Notes under the pieces: model-generated | Seen by the model: only the letters and a program-made list of their open reading frames with translations | The model's database searches: none | What the model was told of the DNA's origin: nothing | Shown: positions 13,001 to 26,600 of the stretch, piece after piece | How positions within the stretch are numbered: position 1 is the stretch's first letter | Layout: the number at the start of each line of letters is the position of its first letter | Position numbers and translations under genes: made by a program | From: Girardia tigrina | Taxonomy: Eukaryota | NCBI GenBank assembly: GCA_001938485.1 | Contig: MQRK01229935.1 | Span: 12,615 to 76,614 of the forward strand | Direction of reading: 5' to 3' | DNA: 64,000 bases

Positions 13001-16000
13001 AAAATATTTTAAAATTATATAATTGATAATTTAAATTCCATAATTCAAAATAATATTGAAATAACGATTTTATAAATTATTTGATAAATAATAAAATTAT
13101 TTTGTTTTAAAAATTTTTTATACGGATTATTTACGATTTAACAAAATAAGTTTAGCATCAAGATATTCTTGAGAATTTCATTATATTATTTATATTATTT
13201 TACAGATTGTAGAAAGTGTCTTATGATGAGTTTCCATAAGAAACTTTATAGACCATTTTCCCGCTGAATTTAGTCTTTTTACTAATTATTGAATGTTTTG
13301 TAAAATAATTTAAAAAAAATAAAACCAAAAATCAATTTATTGATGAATATATTCCAATCCAGCAGCACGATTCATAATGTTACGTTGAGCACATCATTTT
13401 AAAAGATGATTTATATAATGGTTTATAATTAAATTAATTTGTGAAAATGCTGTGAAATATCTTATAATTTGCAAGGTCTATTTAGAAATAGGTTAAAATT
13501 ATTTATATATGTCGTTTTTATATAATTTTGAAATATTAGTGAGACACCTTTGTTAAACCTCTTTTACTGAATCGAACTGTCACCCTTTGAGGAAATGCGC
13601 CATTGTCTGAAAGTGGTGGTAAATGCTGAGACAAGGATGGGACTGTAGGCAGGGTGTGGCAAAACTTCGATCCCTTGCAGCTCTTGCACTTCACCATGAG
13701 TAAAACGTGCAATGTGTACCGGAGCGTTGTCTTGTAGTAGAAGAAGTCAGTTGCAATTGACTAATGCCGGGTAACGCTCACAGATAATGGTGTAGACTCT
13801 GTCCAGTTGCTGAGTCTAGAGATTGTCATTGTACGCCACTCCGGAACCAGTTCTAAGTGGATCATCCCCACGAAATTCCACGATACGCGGAGCATAACTT
13901 CGCAATCGAAGCGTCCTTGTTTAACCACGATTTTGGAGGGCACACCAGGGTAGGGCTATTGATTCTCCTTATTGAGATTATGGAAAAATATTCACTTTTT
14001 CTCACTCGTCATGATCCTTCTGAAGAAGTGCATGTCATGGGGGTAAGCAAGTGATTCTTTGGTAGAGATCAAGTCGTTGTTGTGCTTGAGACTCGACACC
14101 ATCTATTGAGAAGGTAAAGCTGATAAAGCTAACGTTGAATAGTGCGTTATGAAGGATCAAGCTCTGCTGATAATCTCCGCGTGCTGGTGAAGGACTGAGA
14201 TTGGTCTTCCAAACTGACGTCACTCCTTGAGAAAGGCTTGTACTACAATTGTGACACGCGAACACTGACAGTACCTTCGCCTTTTATTTTACATATTTTC
14301 CGGGCTGAAAAAGCTGCGTTTAAGCATTTATTCCAGTAATGTTGCAAATTGATTCGAATTTCGTATTTCGTGAATAAACCAGCACTTTACAAGGAGATTT
14401 GTCATACAATACCATAATAAATAATATAAAAATCAATAATGCTAAAATAGAATATTCATTTAAAATAAGTGTCACGGTGTAAGGCAAAGAAAAACAAAAA
14501 AACTTTTGAATCTCCTTAGTATTCGTAGTGCATAACGAAATTTGAACTTTTATGACAAAGTTTTTTGCTGTTTAAAAATATATTGAAACCCGAAATAATG
14601 ACTGTTTCGAAATATAAAGGTTTATAAGGGAGAATGAAAAGAAATTTTATTATTATAAATCATCGAAATATCTGACGACTTGAATAAGCTAGAAGGAAGT
14701 TTCAAATTCTATTTTCTTGAACAGATGAACAGTATGTAGCAGAAATGAAGGATTATTCGCCCCTTCCATTAGGCTATGATGACTGGATATCCACAAAAGC
14801 TGTAGTAGAATTTATTTACTTATCAGGAGTCTTGTCCTATGAAATGAATTTCAACGCTAGTAAATTGGTACATTTTGATAAAAAGCAAATTTCCGAATAA
14901 ATTGCAACTCTCAAATTATTTACGTCTGAAATTATCGCACATTGAAGTTCATGTCAAGTCCATTGTGGAACGATGCAAGAAAGAACATCATCCTCAAAAG
15001 TCTCATTAATAATGTAAGTTTAAATAAATTTATTTCCTTCACTAACGTTTTTACACAGTTAAGTAATAGTTTACTCCAAAAGTTGATGTCATCAATTGTA
15101 GGGTCGGGACTCTTAAAAGTTTTGGATCATAAAATTCACTTATTAAATATTTTAATAATTAATAAAATCTTGATTTATTACTCTAAAGATAATAAATAAA
15201 AATTATAAATATTAGAGTATATTTAATGATCTACATCAAACTTTAATAACATTCTTAAACATTAAAGAAATATTTAGATTGAAAGCAACCGGTTACATAT
15301 ACAAAACATGACACTTCTGTATATTTGTATACAGAAATGAGTATCAAAACCGAAAATCGGAACTTTACTAAATTTCCTATACGTGTTTTATATGTTTTTT
15401 GATATTAATAATAATCACTTCAAATTTTTTTGAAGAAATATATTTTCATAAAAAGGTTTTTTTCAAATTCATATTTGTTATTTGTATTTATAAACATAAA
15501 AAAAATTAAATACTTAAAAACAATTCTTAAAAATGTTTAATTGTTGTATATAAATCCAAGAAAAAATAAAGCGAACTTGAAATAAAAAAAAAGTCAACAG
15601 AGAATTTACTTAACTCTATATAAGTTATATATGTTTGTAAATATACGATTTCATACGATTGTATACACCAATCAAGAAATATAAATATTTACCGTATATA
15701 AAGGTAATTATAGTCACTAATTCTAAAAGCTTTCTGATTGTTTACTTGTTGTTACTCGAACAATAAAGACATTTTAAAATTTGTTTACAACAATTATTAA
15801 ATCTAATTGTTGAAACAAAATATTTATCTAAAATTAGAGCTCGATTTTAATTTATTAATCTTAAACATAAATATGGAAAACAAACTTTATGAACATGAAT
15901 TTTAAATACATTGCATTTTGAGACCATTCTCAATCTCATGATCAAGTCAATTTTAATTCTGATTGAATATCCATCAGAGAAATAAATAAGTCTTTTTAAA

Positions 16001-19000
16001 TTCACTCAAAAATTATTGGAAATTAATTAATTTATTTAATTTTTAAAATTTTAGTAAAGGAACACTAATTATGATCAATTCCTTACTCATAAACTCTTGT
16101 ATTTCCATGTATCAATTATCATTTGAGAAACGATTTGTATTCTCTAATTCTGACCTACAAATTTCCCCGAGGAGTCTACGTGTACGAACATTTGAAAAGT
16201 GACTCTAAAATAGGTAAAAAGCGAATCCTCAAAAGTAATTTCCGAGGGGCTCACATATTTTCAAGAAAACTCATCAAGTTGGGATCTCAAAGTGCAAGAA
16301 AATTTGATTGAAATTAATGAAACGAAATTTTGCAACCGCAAATGTCATTCTAAAAGAGTTTTTGAAATGCATTGGATACTTGGAATGAATGTTAAGTGTT
16401 ATATATCTTGTAATGATCCTGTTGTGGTAAAGCGTCGCATGATTTTGCGACCAGTTGTTCTTGGAATTGATCATCCTACAATATAGAAATTCATAGAAGG
16501 TTTAAAAAAGATCCTAAAAGTCAATGATTAAGTAGTTTAATAATTTAAGATAATATCTTCTTTTTTATGAATAATATTACACTATCAACTAAATATTATC
16601 CTTTAAATTTTCTACTCACAATTATATGCGCCCATTGTCCTGCACCTAGTTTTCTGTGCCAATTTTTCGGTTTCGAAATTTTACACGATAAAGTGTATAA
16701 ACACCGAGAAAATTAGCTCAATGATATGGTCTGATCAATGGAGAGCATATTAAAAATTATAAGAGAAAGACGAAGTCCACAAAACTGTGAATTAATTTCT
16801 GAAATTTTACAAAGTAAAGTTTTTTTATAATTTTTATAGTATTTTTCAAGGTATGGAAGGGATATATCACTTATAAAACAGTCTCGATTGTAGAGGCCAA
16901 AACCGAAGTACAACCTAATTATTATTTTATTAAATTAATGATTATTTTTTCTATTTTTGAAGTTGTAAAATAAGTGAATTTATAAAACAAATGATTATTA
17001 AAAAAATACAATAAATATAATTTTTATCACATTTATTTTCAATTTTATTTTTTTTAAATAATTCTTATTTTTTATTTTTATATTTATATTTCAATAAATC
17101 GATTTATGAAAATATTATTAATGATATTTGATAAAATATAATTTTATTTTTTATTTTGTTTTCAATTTTTAAGTAATGTAACTTAATTCATCTTTAAATA
17201 TTATTTTAATGTTTTTGTAATTTTTAATCTCGAATTTTAATGTTTTTTTGGCGAGTTTTGTGTTTCTTAATCAATTTTTATGTTTACAAGTAATTTTATA
17301 GCTAAGTCTATCTTAATTTTAAATTTTAGAAACACATTTTTATTTGTATTTTATATCGTGCAGGTAACTTATAATAAAGTTTTATAAAGTTTTATAAATA
17401 TAAATAATTAAAAATGGATTTACAAGAGGATAGTTCTGATACATAAATACTTTCACTTGTGTAAAAAAATAATATTATTAAGAAATAATTTCATATGTAA
17501 CTTCTTTCAAACTACCTAAAACATTGATTTTTCGTCTTTCCAAATAAGTAATATATGCTTCAATACATTCCTTTACTTTTTCGTTTTTCAAAAGGAAAAG
17601 AAGTGTAGATGTAAGGAACATATTTACATCAATTCAACTTAAGGAATGTTCTGTAACAAAAGTTACTCAGCTTGTTTAGTTTTGTGACTCCTTTACAAGC
17701 CATTCGATATTAGCAGACCCCCAACGCAGCCTGATTTGTCTATTCAAGTTAAAATATCATAGCCAGGTAAATTTGATATTCATGTGTGAGATAAAATTCT
17801 ATCAGATAAAATTCTATCTAACAATTATTATTGTTTTGCCAAGCTGAGTCAATAATGACTTCGTCATAGAATAGTTTGTATTTTATACATTAAACAGTAA
17901 TGAGGGGTGAGTTGATTATAATTCAAATTATCTGATTGGATAAACTGACTTTCCATGAAGAAGTTATTTTTATTTTTTAAAGTTTTCTTTGAGAACCACT
18001 GTTCTGGAAGACTAAATGCAAAAATCAATCGTCAAAACAATGTTCAGAAGAAGAATGAACAATGAAGAAGATATATATTACTTTTTAAGTGTTTAGAAAG
18101 GAAAATAATCATCATAAAATAATATTATAGTAAGTAATTTGAAAATTTAATAGGATACTAAAATCTAAAAAATTATTTTAAATTAGTAAGCTACTAAAAA
18201 TTAATTTTTTAAAATTTTTACTTTTAAAATTTCAACGAAAATTAAATAATTATGTAAAACATAAAAAATACCGTAAAAAAATAAACAAAAATCGTAAGTT
18301 AAAAAGTTTAGATTACCCTAATTTCTTGCATATAACCCGCACCAATGTATAACCCGCACATTAAAAATATCAATAATTTCTATGAAAAGTATAATTTTTT
18401 ACGTATAACCCGCACCCATTGTATAACCCGCACTTAAATAAAGTCAGTTTAATTTCTACCTATTAATGTACTATTAATGTACTTTTAATATAATTACATT
18501 GTAATAATAATTTAAATAAAATCTAATAGTTTTGAAAATGTTGTTTTAATATTACAAATATTATGGATTTGTAACCAACCAAAAATGCCACCGAAACTTA
18601 AGTCTTATACCACCGAATTTAAATTAAAAGTAGTCAAATATGCTGAAGAAAATGGCAACAGAAGTGCGAGTTGTGAATATTCTGTGGATGAAAGTATTGT
18701 CCGAGATTGGAGAAAAAATAAGAATGTCTTAAATGTAATGCCGCGAGGAAAACGTGCCCGTAGAGNNNNNNNNNNNNNNNNNNNNNNNNNNNNNNNNNNN
18801 NNNAAACAATTGGTTATAACCACACGCGAAGAGAAAAGGAAAGTTTCAACAGTTGATATTCGATTGATGGCACGCAAAATAGCAATCGAAAGAGGTATTG
18901 ACGGCTTTAGAGACGGAATCAATTGGTGCTATCGTTTTATGAAAAGAAATCAATTGTCCGTGCGTGCAGTTACGTCTGCAGTTACTAAAAAGTTGCAGCC

Positions 19001-20643
19001 TCTCGATTTGTCTGTTAATAAGTCATTTAAAAATAAAATACGCAAAAGGTAGGAAAATTGGATGGTTAATGGTATTCACACATTCACTAAAACAAACAGA
19101 ATGAAACGCGCAACTTATGAAGATGTTTGCAATTGGGTTCTTGAAAGTTGGAATGAAGTCACACCTGAGCGTGTAAAAAATGGCTTCAAGAGATCAAAGC
19201 TTCATGTTTATAACATTAATAATGCTAGTCAAACAAATGAAGATAATAGTGACAATGATTATGACGATACAGATTCCGACAATTGCGATGATAAAGAATT
19301 AGTTTCAATTCTTACGCCGTATAGTGATATTCTAGAAGCATTTAATTTTGAGTCTGACGAAGATTTTGATGGCTTTGAATAAATTTCATGTATTTCACGG
19401 TTTTTCAAGCATAATTTTTAGAATAAAAGTATCATGTATTAAAGTAAAAATTTCATGTATTACCCGCACCTATCGTATAACCCGCATCCTCGAATTTTCG
19501 GGAAAACTTACTTTTTTTCCTTATAACCCGCGGGTTATACACAAGAAATTAGGGTAATTAAAACCGATATATTTTTAAAAAACAATAATTCAGGTAAAAT
19601 TGATCATCTAGAACGAATTTATTTAAAACATTAAATTTCAAGTCAAGTTAAATATTTTTTAATAAAAGTTATAAATTTCAGAGATAAATTTTAATAGTGA
19701 AAGTTTAATAAATATATACGAAAGTAGAAATTTGAATTTAAAATAAATTTAATAAATGTATTTTAGATAAATGATTAAATTGGATTAACGGTATTAAATT
19801 TGTTTAAATTTGTGTGTAATTTTCTTTAATAAATTGTTGTGTGAAATTATGAATTCTAATCCTAAATCAACTATCATCGATAAATATGTCAATGCAACTA
19901 ACAAAAATATTTTCATTTCGTCCTCATCTAGCATTACAATATTTATTCATTCATTCAATAGATTAGATTTGACTTTTCATTTTAGCATCAAATAACATTT
20001 CCTTGTATTTTCAAAAAGGAAAACTGCTTTTGTTTGAAAGAAATTCACGGAAAATTGAAATGTTGGATAAGAAGTTAATTCCTTTTCAGCAGGCTTTAGA
20101 AAATCATTTACTTATGATCGGTTTATAAACATTATTCTGATCTTAAGAGAAAACTAATGACTTGGGACAATTCATCATTTTGAATCCATGATTTGATCAT
20201 TTAAGTACATGTACCGTGCTGACTGAGGCACAACAGTTTTTCATTACTATAAGAAGAGTGATACTTTAATTTCGTAAAGAAGATCGACTTTAGGACCACG
20301 ATGTATTTTTGTGGTAAATGGCCGAATATTATTGACTCAGAATCCTGCAATAAAAGATTTCAAAACAAGAAATAGTGGCAATCGTTATTTTAAGGATTAT
20401 GAACAAGCCATATTTGATGACACTGGTCTCTAAAAGAATGAAAGGGTTATCTTTCAGTTCTAACTAGAAGCATTGTGTTTTTTTATTTTTAAAGTTGTTA
20501 GAAAGTTTCTTTGTTAAAATAATCATTGCAAATCATATTTAATTAATTAATTAATAAGAACCTGAAAATAATGCACATTAAATAAATTTACATAAACAAA
20601 ATGATTTATTAAAAATATTTAAAACTTATTGAACCTATTGAAA

Positions 20644-20690
<47 letters not shown>

Positions 20691-23600
20691 TATATTANNN
20701 NNNNNNNNNNNNNNNNNNNNNNNNNNNNNNNNNNNNNNNNNNNNNNNNNNNNNNNNNNNNNNNNNNNNNNNNNNNNNNNNNNNNNNNNNNNNNNNNNNNN
20801 NNNNNNNNNNNNNNNNNNNNNNNNNNNNNNNNNNNNNNNNNNNNNNNNNNNNNNNNNNNNNNNNNNNNNNNNNNNNNNNNNNNNNNNNNNNNNNNNNNNN
20901 NNNNNNNNNNNNNNNNNNNNNNNNNNNNNNNNNNNNNNNNNNNNNNNNNNNNNNNNNNNNNNNNNNNNNNNNNNNNNNNNNNNNNNNNNNNNNNNNNNNN
21001 NNNNNNNNNNNNNNNNNNNNNNNNNNNNNNNNNNNNNNNNNNNNNNNNNNNNNNNNNNNNNNNNNNNNNNNNNNNNNNNNNNNNNNNNNNNNNNNNNNNN
21101 NNNNNNNNNNNNNNNNNNNNNNNNNNNNNNNNNNNNNNNNNNNNNNNNNNNNNNNNNNNNNNNNNNNNNNNNNNNNNNNNNNNNNNNNNNNNNNNNNNNN
21201 NNNNNNNNNNNNNNNNNNNNNNNNNNNNNNNNNNNNNNNNNNNNNNNNNNNNNNNNNNNNNNNNNNNNNNNNNNNNNNNNNNNNNNNNNNNNNNNNNNNN
21301 NNNNNNNNNNNNNNNNNNNNNNGATTTTCATTCAAATCATGTGGAACCCATTTATCAAGTTTCTTGATTTTTCCAAGTTGTTTTAAATGATCCAGGACTG
21401 TTGAATGAATAATGCCCAACCCATCTGCAAGTTCTCTGATTATTGTACGGGGATCTGTTTTCACCATTGTCCTCAAATTGTCGTTGTTCACAGCAACTGG
21501 ACGACCACGACCTTCTTCATCTTCAAGGTTTTCATCTCCATCAGAAAATTTTTGGAACCATCGTTGCACTGTGTGCTCAGAAGCTGTTCTCTTGCCAAAC
21601 GCTTTATTGATATTGCGAGCCGCTTCTGCTGCTTTACGACCCAGTTTAAATTCGTACAAGAAAATTACTCGAATTTTAATTTTTTCCATTATTAATTTAG
21701 CACCGTAAATATTCTAAAAAATAACAGCAATATGTTAATTATATATATATACTCAAGACAGGAGAAGAGTCAGACAGATTCTAATGAATAAATAATAAAT
21801 ATTTTCATTTATTAATTATTTTTGCTGAAGAATTCAATTTTTCATCAACATTTTTTTTCTGTCACTTTCGGATTAAATATTATATTTTTCATTTTGAAAA
21901 ATAAGAATGTAATTACAAGGCCTTTAATGTTTTCTTACCTTTATTTACAATGATTAAAACTAATTTTTTTATCATATTTGTTAGAAATAAGTTGAGAATT
22001 ACTTTTTCAATAAAAAAAATTTCAATAAATTCTTTTTTTAATTGTAAAGGTTTCAAAAAAGTTAAAGATTGATAATTTAAAATGTTATTTGATCAAAACC
22101 AGTTATCGAAAAATTGATTCAACAAATGTTAGATAAAAGTTTACATGAGTAAGTTAATAGTAATAAATAATTTGGTTTAATATAATAACAGTCAACTCAA
22201 AATAATGCATATATTCATCATACTAAGTTCCGTAACATAAATTAAAACCCATTTGAAACAATGTATATCTTATAATTTCTTATTCAAAAAGTTATAACAT
22301 CTTAAATCATCATTTTCGAATGGTGGGATTCCAAAAGCATTGTAATAAATATTATTTTAGTTTGTACTCTGATTTTGTTTATGAATTTACATCTAACAGA
22401 CTCAATGTCATATAGGTTAGAGAGACATTTCGCCATTTCTGCAAACGCATTAAAGAACATGGTCGATTTGATTATGAGAGCCATATGGCTGACCACAATT
22501 TAAAATTTAAAAATAAAATCGGAAAACGATTTTCAAATTCTGTGTAATCGATTTAACAAATATTGGGAGCGTTACGTGTGAGGCCTTCGTTATCTTAGTA
22601 ATGAATTGATACGAAAATTAATATTCTAGCTTCACACTCAACTTATTTGTTAAACATTTTCAAATAGAACCTTTAAGACGCAAATAATTACCTTATCATT
22701 TCTTTATTACCAAACAAAATCTTGATGAAGTAAAATAAATATTTAAAAGTCTACAATTTTTTTTCGTTTTAATTTTCAAACATTATAACATTTTAATAAA
22801 AAGAAAAAGAAACAAAAGTCGTTAAAATTAATATTCAAATATTTTACAAATTATATTTTCTGATGATGATATAAGAAAAATCAAAACATAATCAATAATC
22901 AATTTTTAAAAAGTACTTTAACTAAATTATTTTTCAAATATGTCTTTATATATAAATATATATTTGTAAATCAGCAGTAAAAATAGTAAGAATAATCAAA
23001 TATTTTACGAAAAAAGAAATCTATTAATTTATTTATCCCAGCAGAAAGAAAAAAAGGATAAGCAGGAAGTTAGTCTAAAGAAGTATTAGTTGTCTTCTCG
23101 AATCCCCAATCTATAATGATGATTGATTCGCAAAGACACAGTTTGAAGGAAGTCCTTAAGAACATTTAAATTTGATAAATTTACAGATTTATATTTCGAT
23201 TGTAATTAAAATTTTTAAACATTATGAGATTTTAAGTCGAAATTTAAATTTAAGACAAAATTTATTTAAAAATGCTTTTACATGAATTTAATATTATTTT
23301 ATACACATTTTATATTTTTTTAGATAAAATAAATTGAATTTTAGTTCATAAGTCATTTTTATTATAAATCAGTCTTATATCAAACATTAAAGAAGTATAT
23401 TGTTAACAATAAAGCTAGAAAACAATTATTCTTGGACCTCATGACTACTCGTTGTTTTACAATCTTGGAAAAAAGAAAAAGAAATTTTCAATTTTTTTAA
23501 TTTATGTTGATGCATCTGTTAATTTTTAATTTTGTTCTGCATAATAGTTGTAAATAATCTATTAGTGTAGAGACATTCATTTTGAAAAGATTATAAACAT

Positions 23601-26600
23601 TGTGATAGTTGTAAATATATTTACACTGCAAAATAACAGACAAATAAAAAAAAAATAAAATATCCATTTATATTTTTCTTAAACTGTACAGTAATAAATA
23701 ATTTTGTTTAATATAATAACAACGTAAACGCCAAAAAGTCACTGGACTATATTCAATGGCAAAATGTATGACATAAGCGTCCCGGGTTCACACCGATCAA
23801 TTATTGAATGAATTTGCACAAGGATGCGTTTGATCATAATCATAAACTTCACCACCCGGGAAGTTCAAACACTCATAAGCTCTTTCACACATGAGTCTTT
23901 TGGCCATCAATGCACAAGGACATAAAACAGGGGACCTTTTAATGTCAGAAATTTACAGTTGATCGCAAACGGAAACATCATCTTTATCACTGCCAATTCT
24001 TGTCGCGTTTCGAAACCGCTCACATCGATTTCGTTTGTCTCCTCCCATCGGACCCATCCTAACTGTGAGGGAAAATTCTGCATGTTGTTAGTTTGTTGTT
24101 TGTATGCTGTTTAGATTTGTGACTCTCCTACTCAGATGGGATTGACATGTTTATTGATTGATTATTTGAATCTAATGAAATTGTTTTAATTAGATTAATT
24201 TGTAAATACTAATTAATTAAAAGTTTTATAATTATAAATTTTAATAATATTTCTAGTAAACAATCTTAACTTATTAAAATTAATATATTTGTTGTTTGTA
24301 TGCTGTTTAGATTTGTGACTCTCCTACTCAGATGGAATTGACATGTTTATTGATTGATTATTTGAATCTAATGAAACTGTTTTAATTAGATTAATTTGTA
24401 AATACTAATTAATTAAAAGTTTTATAATTATAAATTTTAATAATATTTCTAGTAAACAATCTTAACTTATTAAAATTAATATATTTTAAAAGCTAATGTT
24501 TATTTTAAAAAATTACGTCCTGCATTTTTATCCAATAAAATTTTGAGAAATTAAAAGTTAAAATTAATTTTGACACATGAATAAATTTTTGGATTTGAAT
24601 AGAAAAACAAAAACTATATCAATCAAAGAAAGATGCTCACTGAGAATGGTTGTGAAGAATCTGTTTGTGTTGTTAATAAATGTTTACACTCAAATAGTGA
24701 TGCTGTTAATACTAACCATGTTTGACAGATGCACAAAATGATCTGAAGCCGTTCCTTTATAGATATATTTGCCGCAAATTTCTGGCCACTTGGATTTGTC
24801 ACTTTGGTGCGCAACAACATTTAATTTCTGATCAAGTTGGTTAATTTAAGACTGGGTTTTCAAGGATCTTGTAAAGCGCCTTAAAATCACGCATGTACAC
24901 ACCTCGACCTACTACTCACTATCCAACAGCACCATTGAACGTTTTCACCGAACAATGACAATGTCCCTTCGTATCCAAATAGAACACACCAGCATGTGAT
25001 TATATGTTCTCCCATTCGTTCTCATTGGTTTGCGCAATACAACATCCACTGTCACCAACAATCCTCGCAACACAAACAGTTTATGGTCACGTAGTTTGTT
25101 CCATTTTTGGATTAATAGAACAAGACGCTTCACTATTCCATGACTCAATTAATCATTAATTGAACGATAAAACGATAAAGTTTCTGATATAATTAAATTG
25201 TCTTTGGACAGGAGGATATTTAGAATATAATAATAATAACGAAATACAAGATAAAAATATATATTTGAACAGATATAATTATTTAATATCATTTTATGAA
25301 ATAAATTTTATCATCTTTGGATCACCCTTAGGGACATTCGTTTTTCAATAAATATTATTTAATAAACTTTCAAGTAAAATAATGTAAGTCTAACATGGTT
25401 TTTGTAAAATTCAATCATATCAAGTGTTATAGAATAACATTAAGTAAATAACGTTTAAATAAGACTAGAATTGTATGTAACATGACAATCATTAAATATA
25501 TCTTCACATAAATAATTAAGTCAAACATTCACTATAAATGTCTTTCGAAACTCGTTATTTCCTGAGAGCAATAATAATCTATAAACAAAACTAATTCACG
25601 ATGCGGAATAATCTTCTTATCTCTTTCAGTACATCGTTCGCTTATTATCCGTGGATTAAATGGAGTATAAAATACGTTTTTGTAAATAATATCCTTCATG
25701 ATTGAAATATGACTATAAAGGCCCATGTAAGTATACCGGTACGTAAAAGATTCAAGATTTTGAGATTAAGGGAGACCTTCATCTCACAATTAATTAGAAG
25801 AAACCTCTATCTACTTTAATTAATTATAGAAAAAATACAAATTTTCATTTCCTTTTTAATTATATATTTGTTATATTTATTAATTAAAATAAAAAATTGA
25901 AATATTTATATTTTCGATTTTTTTTATATTTTTTGTTTTGATAAAATAAACATTTTTTTTGTTTCTTTTAAAATAATTTAAATTTAATTTCACAAAAAGA
26001 TTTTTCCAAAAACAAATTAACTAACAGTTTTTACTTTTAATTAAAATTTTCAATGTTTTAATTACAAAAAAAATAATAATAATTTATTTGAAACAAATAA
26101 AACAATAATACGAAAATAATAATTTATTAATAAAAAATCTTAACATAAATAAATTATATATATATATNNNNNNNNNNNNNNNNNNNNNNNNNNNNNNNNN
26201 NNNNNNNNNNNNNNNNNTATATATATAATTTTCTAATTGAAAATATTATTCAAAAAATCTTTTTCTTTTATTTTAATTATTTAGAAAGTAATAATAAAAT
26301 TATTTTTTTAATTTATTAAATTAATTTTGTTCTTATCTAAAGATAGAAAAAAAACACTTTTAAAAGAAAAAAAACAGAAATGTCTTTCTTTTAAAAAAAT
26401 AAATATTAATATTTATTTTACAAAGGAAATGCATTTAACTTTGAAAATTAATTTAAGTAATACTAAAATCGATATTGAACATTATAAATGGTATACTTAA
26501 ATGATACACTGGGAACGGATTAATTTAATGTTTTAAAGTTTTGTTATCCTTATCTAATGGGAAGTAAGCGTTACGGTAGCCATTCCATTTTGTATGAAGA

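Larger units (their letters stand above)
23740..25110 (+). mobile_element. Gypsy integrase remnant split by a solo-LTR-like insertion
   Basis: HHPG..., [31 protein letters not shown] (after removing the insert), [20 protein letters not shown]. Confidence 0.8.

Noticed and set aside
18316-18435. Regularly spaced TATAACCCGCAC repeats resembling a CRISPR-like array
   Set aside because: They are subterminal transposase-binding repeats of the pogo element, mirrored at its other end; eukaryotic context with no cas genes.
20609-21390. Long ORFs spanning 20.6-21.4 kb, and similarly 39.7-40.0 kb
   Set aside because: Open only because of N gaps.
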